A stretch of 22,090 nt of DNA, from positions 1-22,090 of the forward strand of contig JASFEA010000039.1 of assembly GCA_050125095.1 (NCBI GenBank), read 5' to 3'. Below the pieces are notes generated by a model that was not told the origin of the DNA, did not search any database, and worked only from the letters and a program-made list of their open reading frames with translations. A program made the position numbers and the translations under genes. This DNA is from a bacterium (lineage in GTDB: Bacteria > Arandabacterota > Arandabacteria > Arandabacterales > JALGWA01). Below are positions 1-7,478 of the stretch, piece by piece (position 1 is the first letter of the stretch; each line of letters starts with the position of its first letter).

Positions 1-1575
1 CACGGTCTTGGGCCTGAGCTCGGCCGACATTTGAAGAAGATCCGATAGAATGAGGGCTTGAGTCTCCTCCGAACCCTCGGCATAGGGGACTATGGCGATG
101 TCGCAGCCGCCCGCCTTTTCGCCGAGAAACTCGAGGCCCTGCCTGTAAGCGAGGCTGGACTTCTCATCCCAGTAATTCCAGGAGAAGGCCTTATAGACCG
201 TGACGCCGTCCAGTGTTATGAGAAGGTCCTGCCCGCGCGCGTAACGGTTGGGTGCAGTCGATGCCACCATGGCCTCTCCCGCCGCCGTTCCGGTCATGGG
301 CTCGACGTATACATGCTCGGGGCCTCTCTCAGTCCGGAATCCGAGTATGTATGTCATGTCCGGGATCGCCTCGTCCATATCCATTATGGCGCGTATGGGG
401 TAGCCCGTGCGCAGGCCGGGCACGACCGCCACCATCTCCTCACCGGCGACCTCTTCGGGATTTATGCGGCCGTTGGCAAGCGATGGCTCGTCCGGAAGCG
501 CGCCCACTTCCGAGTAATCCAGGACCATGAGATGCGACGCCGTCTTGATGGCCACGCCGTAATTGCCGACGTACCACACCACGGCCTCGCCCTCTCGAAG
601 CGAGTAGTGAAGGGGATTGGGCCGCGGCCGGGGGGCACCGCTTTTCCTCCACTTGGCGAGCGCCCGGGCTGCGGTGCTCTGCATGTACCTGTCGGCAAGT
701 CCTGCCGGCGTGTTGCCGTCGGCGTCCGCCAGGGCGGGGTCGGCCTTATGCTCAATCAGCAGATTCACCAGACTTCCATAGCCGCGCAGAGCCGCCTGAT
801 GCAGAACCGTCTGGCCGGATTCGTGTTGATTGGGATATATCTCGGCTCCGCTTTCAAGAAGCAGTCGGGCTATGTCGACGTTTCCCCGCTCCACCGCCAG
901 CCATAGCGGCGATTTTCCGAGGTCGTCCCGCGTGTCTATCTCGGCGCCGCGCTCGATAAGAACACCCGCTACTTCCTCGCTTCCGCTTTCAACTGCATTG
1001 TGTAGAGGCGTCCTGCCCGCGACGCACTTCATATTCACCTCTGCCCCGTGCTCGAGTAGGAGGTTGACGAGGTCGACGTTGCCGCTCCATGCAGCTCTAT
1101 AGAGGGGAGTCCAGAGGTCTATGCACTCGGCATTGACGTCGGCCCCGCCGGCTAGAAGAACCTCCGCGGCCTCTTTTCTGCCTGCGCTGGATGCCCAGCA
1201 AAGGGGCGTGGCCTGGCCTATTGCCCTTGCGTTCACGTCGGCCCCGTGCTCTAGGAGGATGCTGACGATCTCGGTGTCGCCCCTTGAGGCCGCGAAATGC
1301 AGCGTGGATGACTGCCTGTCGTTCCTGGCGTTGACATCAGCGCCGTTTGCGAGGAGGATCTCGACAATTTCCTTTCTACCGCCCGCGGCAGCCAGGGCGA
1401 GGGGAGTCCTGCCGTTCTCGTCGGGTGTATTCACGCTCGAGTGGTCGTCTCGAAGTGCCTGGCTCACGGCATCGGCGTCGCCTGACCGCACCGCGTCGTG
1501 GATCTCCGCGGACTGAGCGATTGCGGCACCGAACAAGAGAAGGAAGCAAGTCAGGATAAGTGGCATGGATTTCAC
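1..1575 (-). CDS. Secreted ankyrin-repeat protein with C-terminal degenerate metallo-beta-lactamase-fold domain (3'-partial, >=525 aa)
   Basis: Translated by hand; not in the ORF track because no stop occurs in the window. GTG start at 1575 with AGGAG 8 nt upstream and signal peptide MKSMPLILTCFLLLFGAAIAQS. About 9 ankyrin repeats including caps (e.g. GRTPLALAAAGGRKEIVEILLANGADVNARN, WTPLYRAAWSGNVDLVNLLLEHGAEVN), then EAVVWYVGNYGVAIKTASHLMVLDY...EPSLANGRINPEE, resembling the start of an MBL fold. Confidence 0.88.
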   Translation of the reverse strand, partial: MKSMPLILTCFLLLFGAAIAQSAEIHDAVRSGDADAVSQALRDDHSSVNTPDENGRTPLALAAAGGRKEIVEILLANGADVNARNDRQSSTLHFAASRGDTEIVSILLEHGADVNARAIGQATPLCWASSAGRKEAAEVLLAGGADVNAECIDLWTPLYRAAWSGNVDLVNLLLEHGAEVNMKCVAGRTPLHNAVESGSEEVAGVLIERGAEIDTRDDLGKSPLWLAVERGNVDIARLLLESGAEIYPNQHESGQTVLHQAALRGYGSLVNLLIEHKADPALADADGNTPAGLADRYMQSTAARALAKWRKSGAPRPRPNPLHYSLREGEAVVWYVGNYGVAIKTASHLMVLDYSEVGALPDEPSLANGRINPEEVAGEEMVAVVPGLRTGYPIRAIMDMDEAIPDMTYILGFRTERGPEHVYVEPMTGTAAGEAMVASTAPNRYARGQDLLITLDGVTVYKAFSWNYWDEKSSLAYRQGLEFLGEKAGGCDIAIVPYAEGSEETQALILSDLLQMSAELRPKTV

Positions 1576-1615
1576 AGTCGTTTCTCCTTTGGAATTACGT
1601 TCCCCATCGTCCAAG

Positions 1616-1651
1616 ACCATACCAATATGCCGGGCCATTCGCCACATATTG
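1616..1651 (-). promoter_or_regulatory. Candidate sigma70-type promoter of the ankyrin gene overlapped by an inverted repeat
   Basis: Minus strand TGGCGA (1644-1639), 17 nt, TATGGT (1621-1616) with a TG extended -10. CAATATG (1623-1629) and CATATTG (1645-1651) form a perfect inverted repeat. Confidence 0.35.
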
Positions 1652-1809
1652 AAGAAGGAGGGGGCGCTCACTACCCGGGGCCTCGCAGTCACCAGTTGTC
1701 AGTCCCGGGTACCGGCTTCATCCGGGAGCATCGGGCAGGGCCTAACCCCCGCCTCGCTGCCGGGGTCCGGGAACACCTGCGCCTCAGGGATGGGGTGACT
1801 GCCTTCCGG

Positions 1810-4371
1810 CTAACGTGCCAGTATCATCTTCCGACTGGCGGTGAAATCCCCTGCTTCCATCTTGCAGAAGTATATGCCGCCTGAGGCGCGCCTGCCTCGC
1901 GAGTCGCGGCCGTCCCAGCATGTGGAGTGTATCCCGGGTGCGGTGTCGGTATCGACGAGGGTCCTGACGAGCCTGCCCATGGTGTCGTACACATTTATGG
2001 TCACCTTGCGCCGGCTCTGAACCACATACCTTATCTCGGTGGCGGCAGAGAAGGGGTTGGGTGCGTTCCGGGCAAGGCGCCATGCATATATGGCGTCGGC
2101 AGGCGTCTCGGCCGTGCCGCCCGCACCGGACCCGGCCGAAGGGAGCCCCATTATGTCCTCGAGGATGACCCGCACGAGGTCTACGCGTCCCTCATACACG
2201 CCGGGGTCGAAGTCGGGGACCGGGTCGGGTGTAAGCCCATCGCAGTATTGGGTTTCATGACTGATGAAAGACGAGAGACCGGAGTTGATGAAAACGGCCT
2301 GGCCGCCGGCCGGGCTTTCCGCATAGATGGCTCCGTGGGCGACGGAAACGTCCGGATTGAGCACTTCGAGAAGGGGCTGGGCCGTGTAGCCCGGATACGA
2401 TGATGACTTCGCTTTCACCCATGACATTCCTCTGAATACATCGGGGCATGCTCTGTAGACAAGCAGCGAACCCAGGTCTATCGGGGTCGGCATACCGAAG
2501 ACCTGGAGAGTGTCTGCACCCTCGAGGTAGATAAAAGGCTTCACATCGGCGGCCGCCATCTCTTCCAGGTAATCGCAGCCGAGGGTGTTGATCAGCAGGT
2601 AGACCTCCGGGTCGCACGGATACGGCATGCACCCGTATTGAGAGAGGTAATACGATATGCGGTCGCCTGCCATGACGACCTTGCCGCCGCCGTCGAAGTA
2701 AATGTTGATGGCGATGACTCCGCGGGTGCTGAAGAGGTTCTCCTCCGCCTCGGGGCCCGTGAACCAGACCACGCAATCATAAGCCGAGAAGTCGGGACAC
2801 TGTATCGCGAACCCGGTACCCGCACCATGTATATCGTACGTGTCGAAGCAGTAACCGGCGTCCACGAGGACGCGTTCGTAGATGCCCCTGAGACCGGTAC
2901 GTCCGCCCCCGGCGCTCTCCAGGCAGGGGGACCAGTCGATGGCTCCTTCCCCGTACGCGTCCACGAGCAGCAGCCGGGGGCCCGTGAACTCCGGCGGATA
3001 CTGCGGGAGGACGGTAAATGAGAGGTAGTCGTTGCGCCCCCCGATATGCTCGGGCGAGCCGGGGTCCGCAGATGCCGGGAAGTATTCCAGATTATAGAGT
3101 GAGTCTTCGGCCAGGACATGGTACCAGATCTCTGTTCCTCTGGGCCACGCAAGCGGGAAGCCGAATTCGGTGTGATCCCATGTCTCATAATAGAGCCCGC
3201 CCAGCCAGGGCCGGCCGGGGTCGAAGGGTTGGCCGAGAATCAGCGGTTTGCTTTGCCAGGTGGCGCCTTCATCGACGCTGCCCCAGAGGGTCACGCTCCG
3301 GAGCCCGTCCTTGTCAACCACATCGACGTTGAGATTCTGCCAGTCCGGCAGGGGGGGTTGGGGATTCTGGGAGTAGTACTGCACTACCTCGAGGCTGCAA
3401 GCGTCGAAGAAGGTGTTGTAGCCCGATACAGAGTCATTGAAGGTATCGTGGAGGAGATCCAGCCGTCTCGCGGTGAAAAGAGTGACGCCCCCTTCGTAGA
3501 ATCCGATGGACACATTGTCGATCTGGTAATCCGTGCCCCTGTGCTTGCTCCTGCATAAATCCCCGGGTTGCGAGGTGTCGGCTATGTCCCAGCCGAACTG
3601 CAGCGAGTCCGAGCCGGCATCGTAGAACTTGGATATGTCCTCTGTGACGTCGATCTCCCAGACTCCGCCGTCGGATGCATCGCAACCCCCATGTCTCGTC
3701 TGCCCGTCTATGTTAACCCAGTCTCCCCAGGCCCCGCTCGCTGCCTGGTGAGCTCGCACGCGCGTGTCCACGACGTCGCAGGTTATGTCGGTCGTGCACA
3801 CGTACTCGTCGTACTGGACCACGCAACCCTGACCGCCCGGACCAGGCGGGATAGGCACTACCGGTGAGAGCAGCCTGTAATGCCAGCCGTTCCGCCAGGT
3901 TACGCCTACAGGATAGCCCCCCTCGGGCCTGGCGCGGAATGCGACCGAGGAGTCGAGCCAACAGGTGTAAACGTAGCCTCCGTCGCCGCCCTCAAAAGGA
4001 GGGTCGGAATCATGCACCATGTGCCACTGGTCGATGATCGTATCCTTGACGTCGACATGTGAGAAGCAGTTGACGTCCCAGGGGGGCGCCGTGCCGCAGG
4101 AGTCGCCGTAAGGCCAGTTGGCCTCGAAGCACCAGGTTTCGGCTGGTCCGGGTCCTCCCGTGGCCTCTCCGCCGTGACCGCCATAGGGGTCCCCGGGGCA
4201 GTAGGATCCGTCTACATGCACCTTGACCCACGCCGTGTCTCCCCCCGAAGTGAGGACCCTGGGGCTGTAACCTATACGGCTGGGCCCTGCATGAGAATAT
4301 AGGACCACGGAGAGTATCAAGGCCAATACGAACGACGCAAAACATACGGAACTTATCGCAGCTCTTCTCAT
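1810..4371 (-). CDS. Large secreted protein (853 aa) with C-terminal FlgD-Ig / T9SS type A-like sorting domain
   Basis: N-terminal signal peptide and GAGGTGA RBS. The C-terminus APNPFSAATEIRY...INVYDTMGRLVRTLVD...WDGRDSRGRRASGGIYFCKMEAGDFTASRKMILAR is the typical PNPF...WDG...SGIYF...K CTD pattern, preceded by a Gly/Ser linker. The body is Cys/Asp/Gly-rich and of unknown function. Confidence 0.88.
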   Translation of the reverse strand: MRRAAISSVCFASFVLALILSVVLYSHAGPSRIGYSPRVLTSGGDTAWVKVHVDGSYCPGDPYGGHGGEATGGPGPAETWCFEANWPYGDSCGTAPPWDVNCFSHVDVKDTIIDQWHMVHDSDPPFEGGDGGYVYTCWLDSSVAFRARPEGGYPVGVTWRNGWHYRLLSPVVPIPPGPGGQGCVVQYDEYVCTTDITCDVVDTRVRAHQAASGAWGDWVNIDGQTRHGGCDASDGGVWEIDVTEDISKFYDAGSDSLQFGWDIADTSQPGDLCRSKHRGTDYQIDNVSIGFYEGGVTLFTARRLDLLHDTFNDSVSGYNTFFDACSLEVVQYYSQNPQPPLPDWQNLNVDVVDKDGLRSVTLWGSVDEGATWQSKPLILGQPFDPGRPWLGGLYYETWDHTEFGFPLAWPRGTEIWYHVLAEDSLYNLEYFPASADPGSPEHIGGRNDYLSFTVLPQYPPEFTGPRLLLVDAYGEGAIDWSPCLESAGGGRTGLRGIYERVLVDAGYCFDTYDIHGAGTGFAIQCPDFSAYDCVVWFTGPEAEENLFSTRGVIAINIYFDGGGKVVMAGDRISYYLSQYGCMPYPCDPEVYLLINTLGCDYLEEMAAADVKPFIYLEGADTLQVFGMPTPIDLGSLLVYRACPDVFRGMSWVKAKSSSYPGYTAQPLLEVLNPDVSVAHGAIYAESPAGGQAVFINSGLSSFISHETQYCDGLTPDPVPDFDPGVYEGRVDLVRVILEDIMGLPSAGSGAGGTAETPADAIYAWRLARNAPNPFSAATEIRYVVQSRRKVTINVYDTMGRLVRTLVDTDTAPGIHSTCWDGRDSRGRRASGGIYFCKMEAGDFTASRKMILAR

Positions 4372-4437
4372 CCCGGCTCACCTCGGCTGTGTGGAGTATA
4401 CTCGCACTGAGCCGCCGTCCTCTACCCAGTCACGTTA

Positions 4438-4466
4438 ATTGTACCAAGAGGAGTGCGCAGTGTAAA
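4438..4466 (-). promoter_or_regulatory. Sigma70-type promoter for the 853-aa gene
   Basis: Minus strand TTTACA (4466-4461), 17 nt, TACAAT (4443-4438) with a TGn extension. Near-consensus and ~67 nt upstream of the ATG. Confidence 0.65.
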
Positions 4467-4573
4467 CTCTCAGGTGCCCTCGGACGCAGACATGGCAGGG
4501 CGGCCTTCGCAAATACATGATGAGTGAGGAGTGTCTGAGGACGGCCGAGCTTGCGGCTGCGGTGTAATGGCCC

Positions 4574-5065
4574 CTATTCGAACAAGGCCTTTATCCGACC
4601 CCAGGTGGTGGGCTCGACTGCGCCCCGGCATTCGGGCGGCTTGATAAATCTCGTGCAGGTCGAGTCGACCCAAGGAGCAACACAGACGGGACCTATGAGC
4701 CGCTGGGAGAAGTCGGGACATTTGCATCCCCAGTAGTTTGCGACTGCATACACCTCGGGAACATTGCCGAGCGGTTCCATGCCTATGTCACATGTATAAT
4801 TGCCATAGAACGAATTGGCCTCCGGCGGTAACTCGGAAGCATTAAACGTGGGCCGCGCGTCCTCGCTCCACATCCAGACCCCGCCATGGGGATAGGGTTC
4901 GCCGCCGGGTTTACCACAGTAGGCGATGGTGTTGCGTGTGCAATCGCCGTGGCATTCTCCTGAGAACTCCATGCCTGTGAAGTTGGAGTGAGTAATTGAA
5001 TTGCCGCGAATACGGGGCGACGAGGAGACGACAACGATGCCGGCATGGCAACCTTTGATGGACGT
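4574..5065 (-). pseudogene. Probable 5'-truncated parallel beta-helix protein ending in a TWGxIK C-terminal motif (ATG-started ORF 4574..4972, 132 aa)
   Basis: The frame stays open upstream of the ATG at 4972 and reads ...IKGCHAGIVVVSSSPRIRGNSITHSNFTG-MEFSGECHGDCTRNTIAYC..., a beta-helix-like repeat. There is no upstream start codon, RBS or signal peptide before the in-frame TAA at 5117-5119. It contains ANYWG and ends VEPTTWGRIKALFE. The upstream boundary is approximate. Confidence 0.6.
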
Positions 5066-5094
5066 GAGAGGGGCTCTAATGGGCCTAACGGGAC

Positions 5095-5123
5095 TTGAAT
5101 AGAACGCCGCGATGGTTTAGGTT
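5095..5123 (+). promoter_or_regulatory. Candidate sigma70-type promoter of the M23 peptidase gene
   Basis: TTGAAT (5095-5100), 17 nt, TAGGTT (5118-5123); ATG at 5134 with no SD. Confidence 0.4.
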
Positions 5124-5133
5124 GAATCTTGAA

Positions 5134-7371
5134 ATGAAAACCAGGCGTCGCGTCGTTCATACAGCAGTCTTCTGCGCAGTCTTTTTGCTTCTGGTGGTGA
5201 TCGGGACGGTGGCCGCCAACCCGCTCCTTCCCGACAACGACTTCTGCGAGACATCTTCCTTCGGGAGCTGGCGCTTCGGGCACCTTCATGCCGGCATTGA
5301 CCTCTCGACAGGCGGGGTGGAGGGCGCGCCTGTTGCGGCGATAGACTCATGCTGGGTGTGGCGGGTAAGCGTGAGGTACGAGGGTTACGGCCGCGCGCTC
5401 TACATTCGGCTTCCCGACGGCAAGATAGGTGTATACGGACATCTCTCGGCCTTCGCCCCTGAGCTCGAGGAGATGGTCGAAAACGAACAGGACCTCCGCG
5501 GCAAGTACGAGGTGGACATATATAACGAGCCCTTCGCCGTAACGTTCAAGAAGGGCGAGACCATCGCCTACAGCGGGGGCTCTGGCTGGGGCCCGCCGCA
5601 TCTTCACTTCGAGCTCCGCTCGGGTATGTACGATCATTTGAAGTTAAGCCCGTTCCCCGATTACGTCGAGTGCGTGGACATGAACGCGCCCCTGATTCAC
5701 GCCCTGAGGATTGTCCCGGTCGGGCATGGAAGTTCCATAAACGGCGACATCGTGGGGGCTACAGTGACCGACATTGCGGGCCTCGATACGCTCTACATAG
5801 AGGGTGACTTCGGCGTCATGGTGAGCGCGACGGATTACACCGGTTGCGGCCGCACCACATCTCCGGTCGTGTATGAAGCCCGCGTGGACGGCGAGACCGT
5901 GTGGAGCCTCAGCTTGAGCAAGTTCCCGTTCTCCAAGCGCGGCTTCGTGTGGTCGGTCTATGATTTCGACGATGACGGCAGGAAGTATGTGAGACTCTTC
6001 AATCCATATAACCTCGACTTCAACGGCTTCGACATCGCCCGCGCGGATACGGGATACGGCGGGTTCGCGCCCGGCCTCCACGAGCTTACGGTTATGGTGG
6101 CCGACGCCTGCGGCAACGTGACGACGGCCCGGGTGCCTTTTGTATACGGTGAGTTTCCGAGGCTTGAGAAGTTCAGGGCCGAGCGGAGCTCAACTGCCGC
6201 CCATATTGAAGTCGAGGTCTCGCCGGCTGACGCGGCCCTCGAGTACGCCTACAGGGTGGCCGGGGGGCCGTGGGTGAAGTCAGGCGGGCTCAAGCTGAGC
6301 GAGATGGGAAGCGGCGGCCAGGCGAGCCCGGTACGCGAGGGCGGAGGAAGGCATGAGTTCACCTTCCCCGTGGGCGAGGGCGCCTTGGACATCCTGTGCA
6401 GGGTCGAGAACGACCTTGGCCTCGCCAGGGAGGGGCTCTTCAGAGTTCCAGCACCGGATTATCCGGCGGGGGAGGCCGTATATGAGCCCGAGGTCCATCT
6501 TAGGGTTAACGGCACGGGTATGGAGATAACCGCCCGCAGCGCGACGCCGCCCAGCGAACTCCCGGAGGCGCGCATATTCGAGGGCATAAAGATGAGCAGG
6601 GTGCAGTTGCAGCCGGTGGGGGACGGCCTCTTCCGCGGCTATTACGTACCCGGTTGCAGGGGCGATGCAGTGCAGGCCCGAGTGGTGTTCGCCTATGGAG
6701 GAGATAAGGCCACGGCGCTGGCCGGGACGCCCGTCGTATGCCTCGAGCGCGCATCGAGCGCCGTGCTCCTGACGGAGAGCTTCAGGCTGCGCGTGGACGT
6801 GCCCCGCGATATGCGTCCCAACGTGCTCCTGGGTTACGAGGAGGAGAAGCCCGCTTATTACGAGGGATATACCGACTCGCTGGGGAGCCTTGTTTTCGAG
6901 CCGGCGGGGACTTACTTCGTGGAGAAGGCCAGGGTGTGCCTTGCGCTGAGAGAAGGGTCGATGAACGTCAAGCAGGGGGTCTTCGCGGACCGCGGCGAGA
7001 CGGCCTCATTCCGGGCGAGGGCCGATTCAAGCGGCATGGCTTGCTTCGAGACCGATTTCCTCGAAAAGCTGGTGGTGCTGGAAGACCGCACGCCGCCTGA
7101 GATCACCGACTTCAAGGGAAAGGGCAGGCGCGCCGACGGCAAATACACCTTCACCGCGCGGGTGCGGGATAAGGGCTCGGGCATCGACTCGGGGACCATC
7201 AGCGCATTCGTCGACGGGGAGGCGGCCATCGCCGGCTACGACCCGGATACGGGCATAATCTCAGGCCGCACGACAAAACCCTTGCGAGAAGGCGACCATA
7301 GGTTTACTCTGGAAGTCAAAGACAATATGGGTAACAGGACTTCGACCGAACACACCCTGTCTCTGAGATAG
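5134..7371 (+). CDS. M23 family metallopeptidase, long form with C-terminal Ig-like domains
   Basis: Start moved to ATG 5134, giving signal/anchor MKTRRRVVHTAVFCAVFLLLVVIG. Zn motifs HAGIDLS (HxxxD), YGHLS and GPPHLHFELR (HxH). C-terminal DRTPPEI...DKGSGID...GDHRFTLEVKDNMGN Ig-like module. Confidence 0.9.
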   Translation: MKTRRRVVHTAVFCAVFLLLVVIGTVAANPLLPDNDFCETSSFGSWRFGHLHAGIDLSTGGVEGAPVAAIDSCWVWRVSVRYEGYGRALYIRLPDGKIGVYGHLSAFAPELEEMVENEQDLRGKYEVDIYNEPFAVTFKKGETIAYSGGSGWGPPHLHFELRSGMYDHLKLSPFPDYVECVDMNAPLIHALRIVPVGHGSSINGDIVGATVTDIAGLDTLYIEGDFGVMVSATDYTGCGRTTSPVVYEARVDGETVWSLSLSKFPFSKRGFVWSVYDFDDDGRKYVRLFNPYNLDFNGFDIARADTGYGGFAPGLHELTVMVADACGNVTTARVPFVYGEFPRLEKFRAERSSTAAHIEVEVSPADAALEYAYRVAGGPWVKSGGLKLSEMGSGGQASPVREGGGRHEFTFPVGEGALDILCRVENDLGLAREGLFRVPAPDYPAGEAVYEPEVHLRVNGTGMEITARSATPPSELPEARIFEGIKMSRVQLQPVGDGLFRGYYVPGCRGDAVQARVVFAYGGDKATALAGTPVVCLERASSAVLLTESFRLRVDVPRDMRPNVLLGYEEEKPAYYEGYTDSLGSLVFEPAGTYFVEKARVCLALREGSMNVKQGVFADRGETASFRARADSSGMACFETDFLEKLVVLEDRTPPEITDFKGKGRRADGKYTFTARVRDKGSGIDSGTISAFVDGEAAIAGYDPDTGIISGRTTKPLREGDHRFTLEVKDNMGNRTSTEHTLSLR

Positions 7372-7389
7372 CTTCTCTTGAGATAGCTT
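7364..7389. repeat. Short direct repeat TGAGATAGCTT x2 (15-nt period) spanning the M23 stop codon
   Basis: Copies at 7364-7374 and 7379-7389. Confidence 0.7.
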
Positions 7390-7478
7390 GTTTTTACTGT
7401 TGCAGCAGTTGCGTTGCTTGAAGCAGTCGTATCCGTCTCATATATCGAACGTAATTCGCTGTGGGAAGGTGACCTCTC

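Noticed and set aside
58-1559. Plus-strand ORFs (58..906, 830..1102, 1121..1516 and others)
   Set aside because: Antisense shadows of the minus-strand ankyrin gene; the periodic TSAP words mirror GADV repeats.
1652-1809. 6S, SRP or tRNA gene in the intergenic region
   Set aside because: No cloverleaf or T-loop, no SRP GGAA-loop motif, and no long 6S-like rod could be identified by eye.
4440-4495. AAACTCTCAGGT...GGAC resembles the 3' half of a glycine riboswitch aptamer
   Set aside because: The 5' GGAGA...CCGAAG elements are missing, no plus-strand gene follows, and the sequence is better explained as the minus-strand promoter of the 853-aa gene.
7364-7389. Direct repeat as a target-site duplication or CRISPR remnant
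   Set aside because: Only two 11-nt copies 4 nt apart, with no transposase, cas gene or spacer; most likely a local slippage duplication.
7418-7446. TTGAAG-17-TATATC as the dnaE promoter
   Set aside because: The -10 lacks the conserved final T; too weak to list as a feature.
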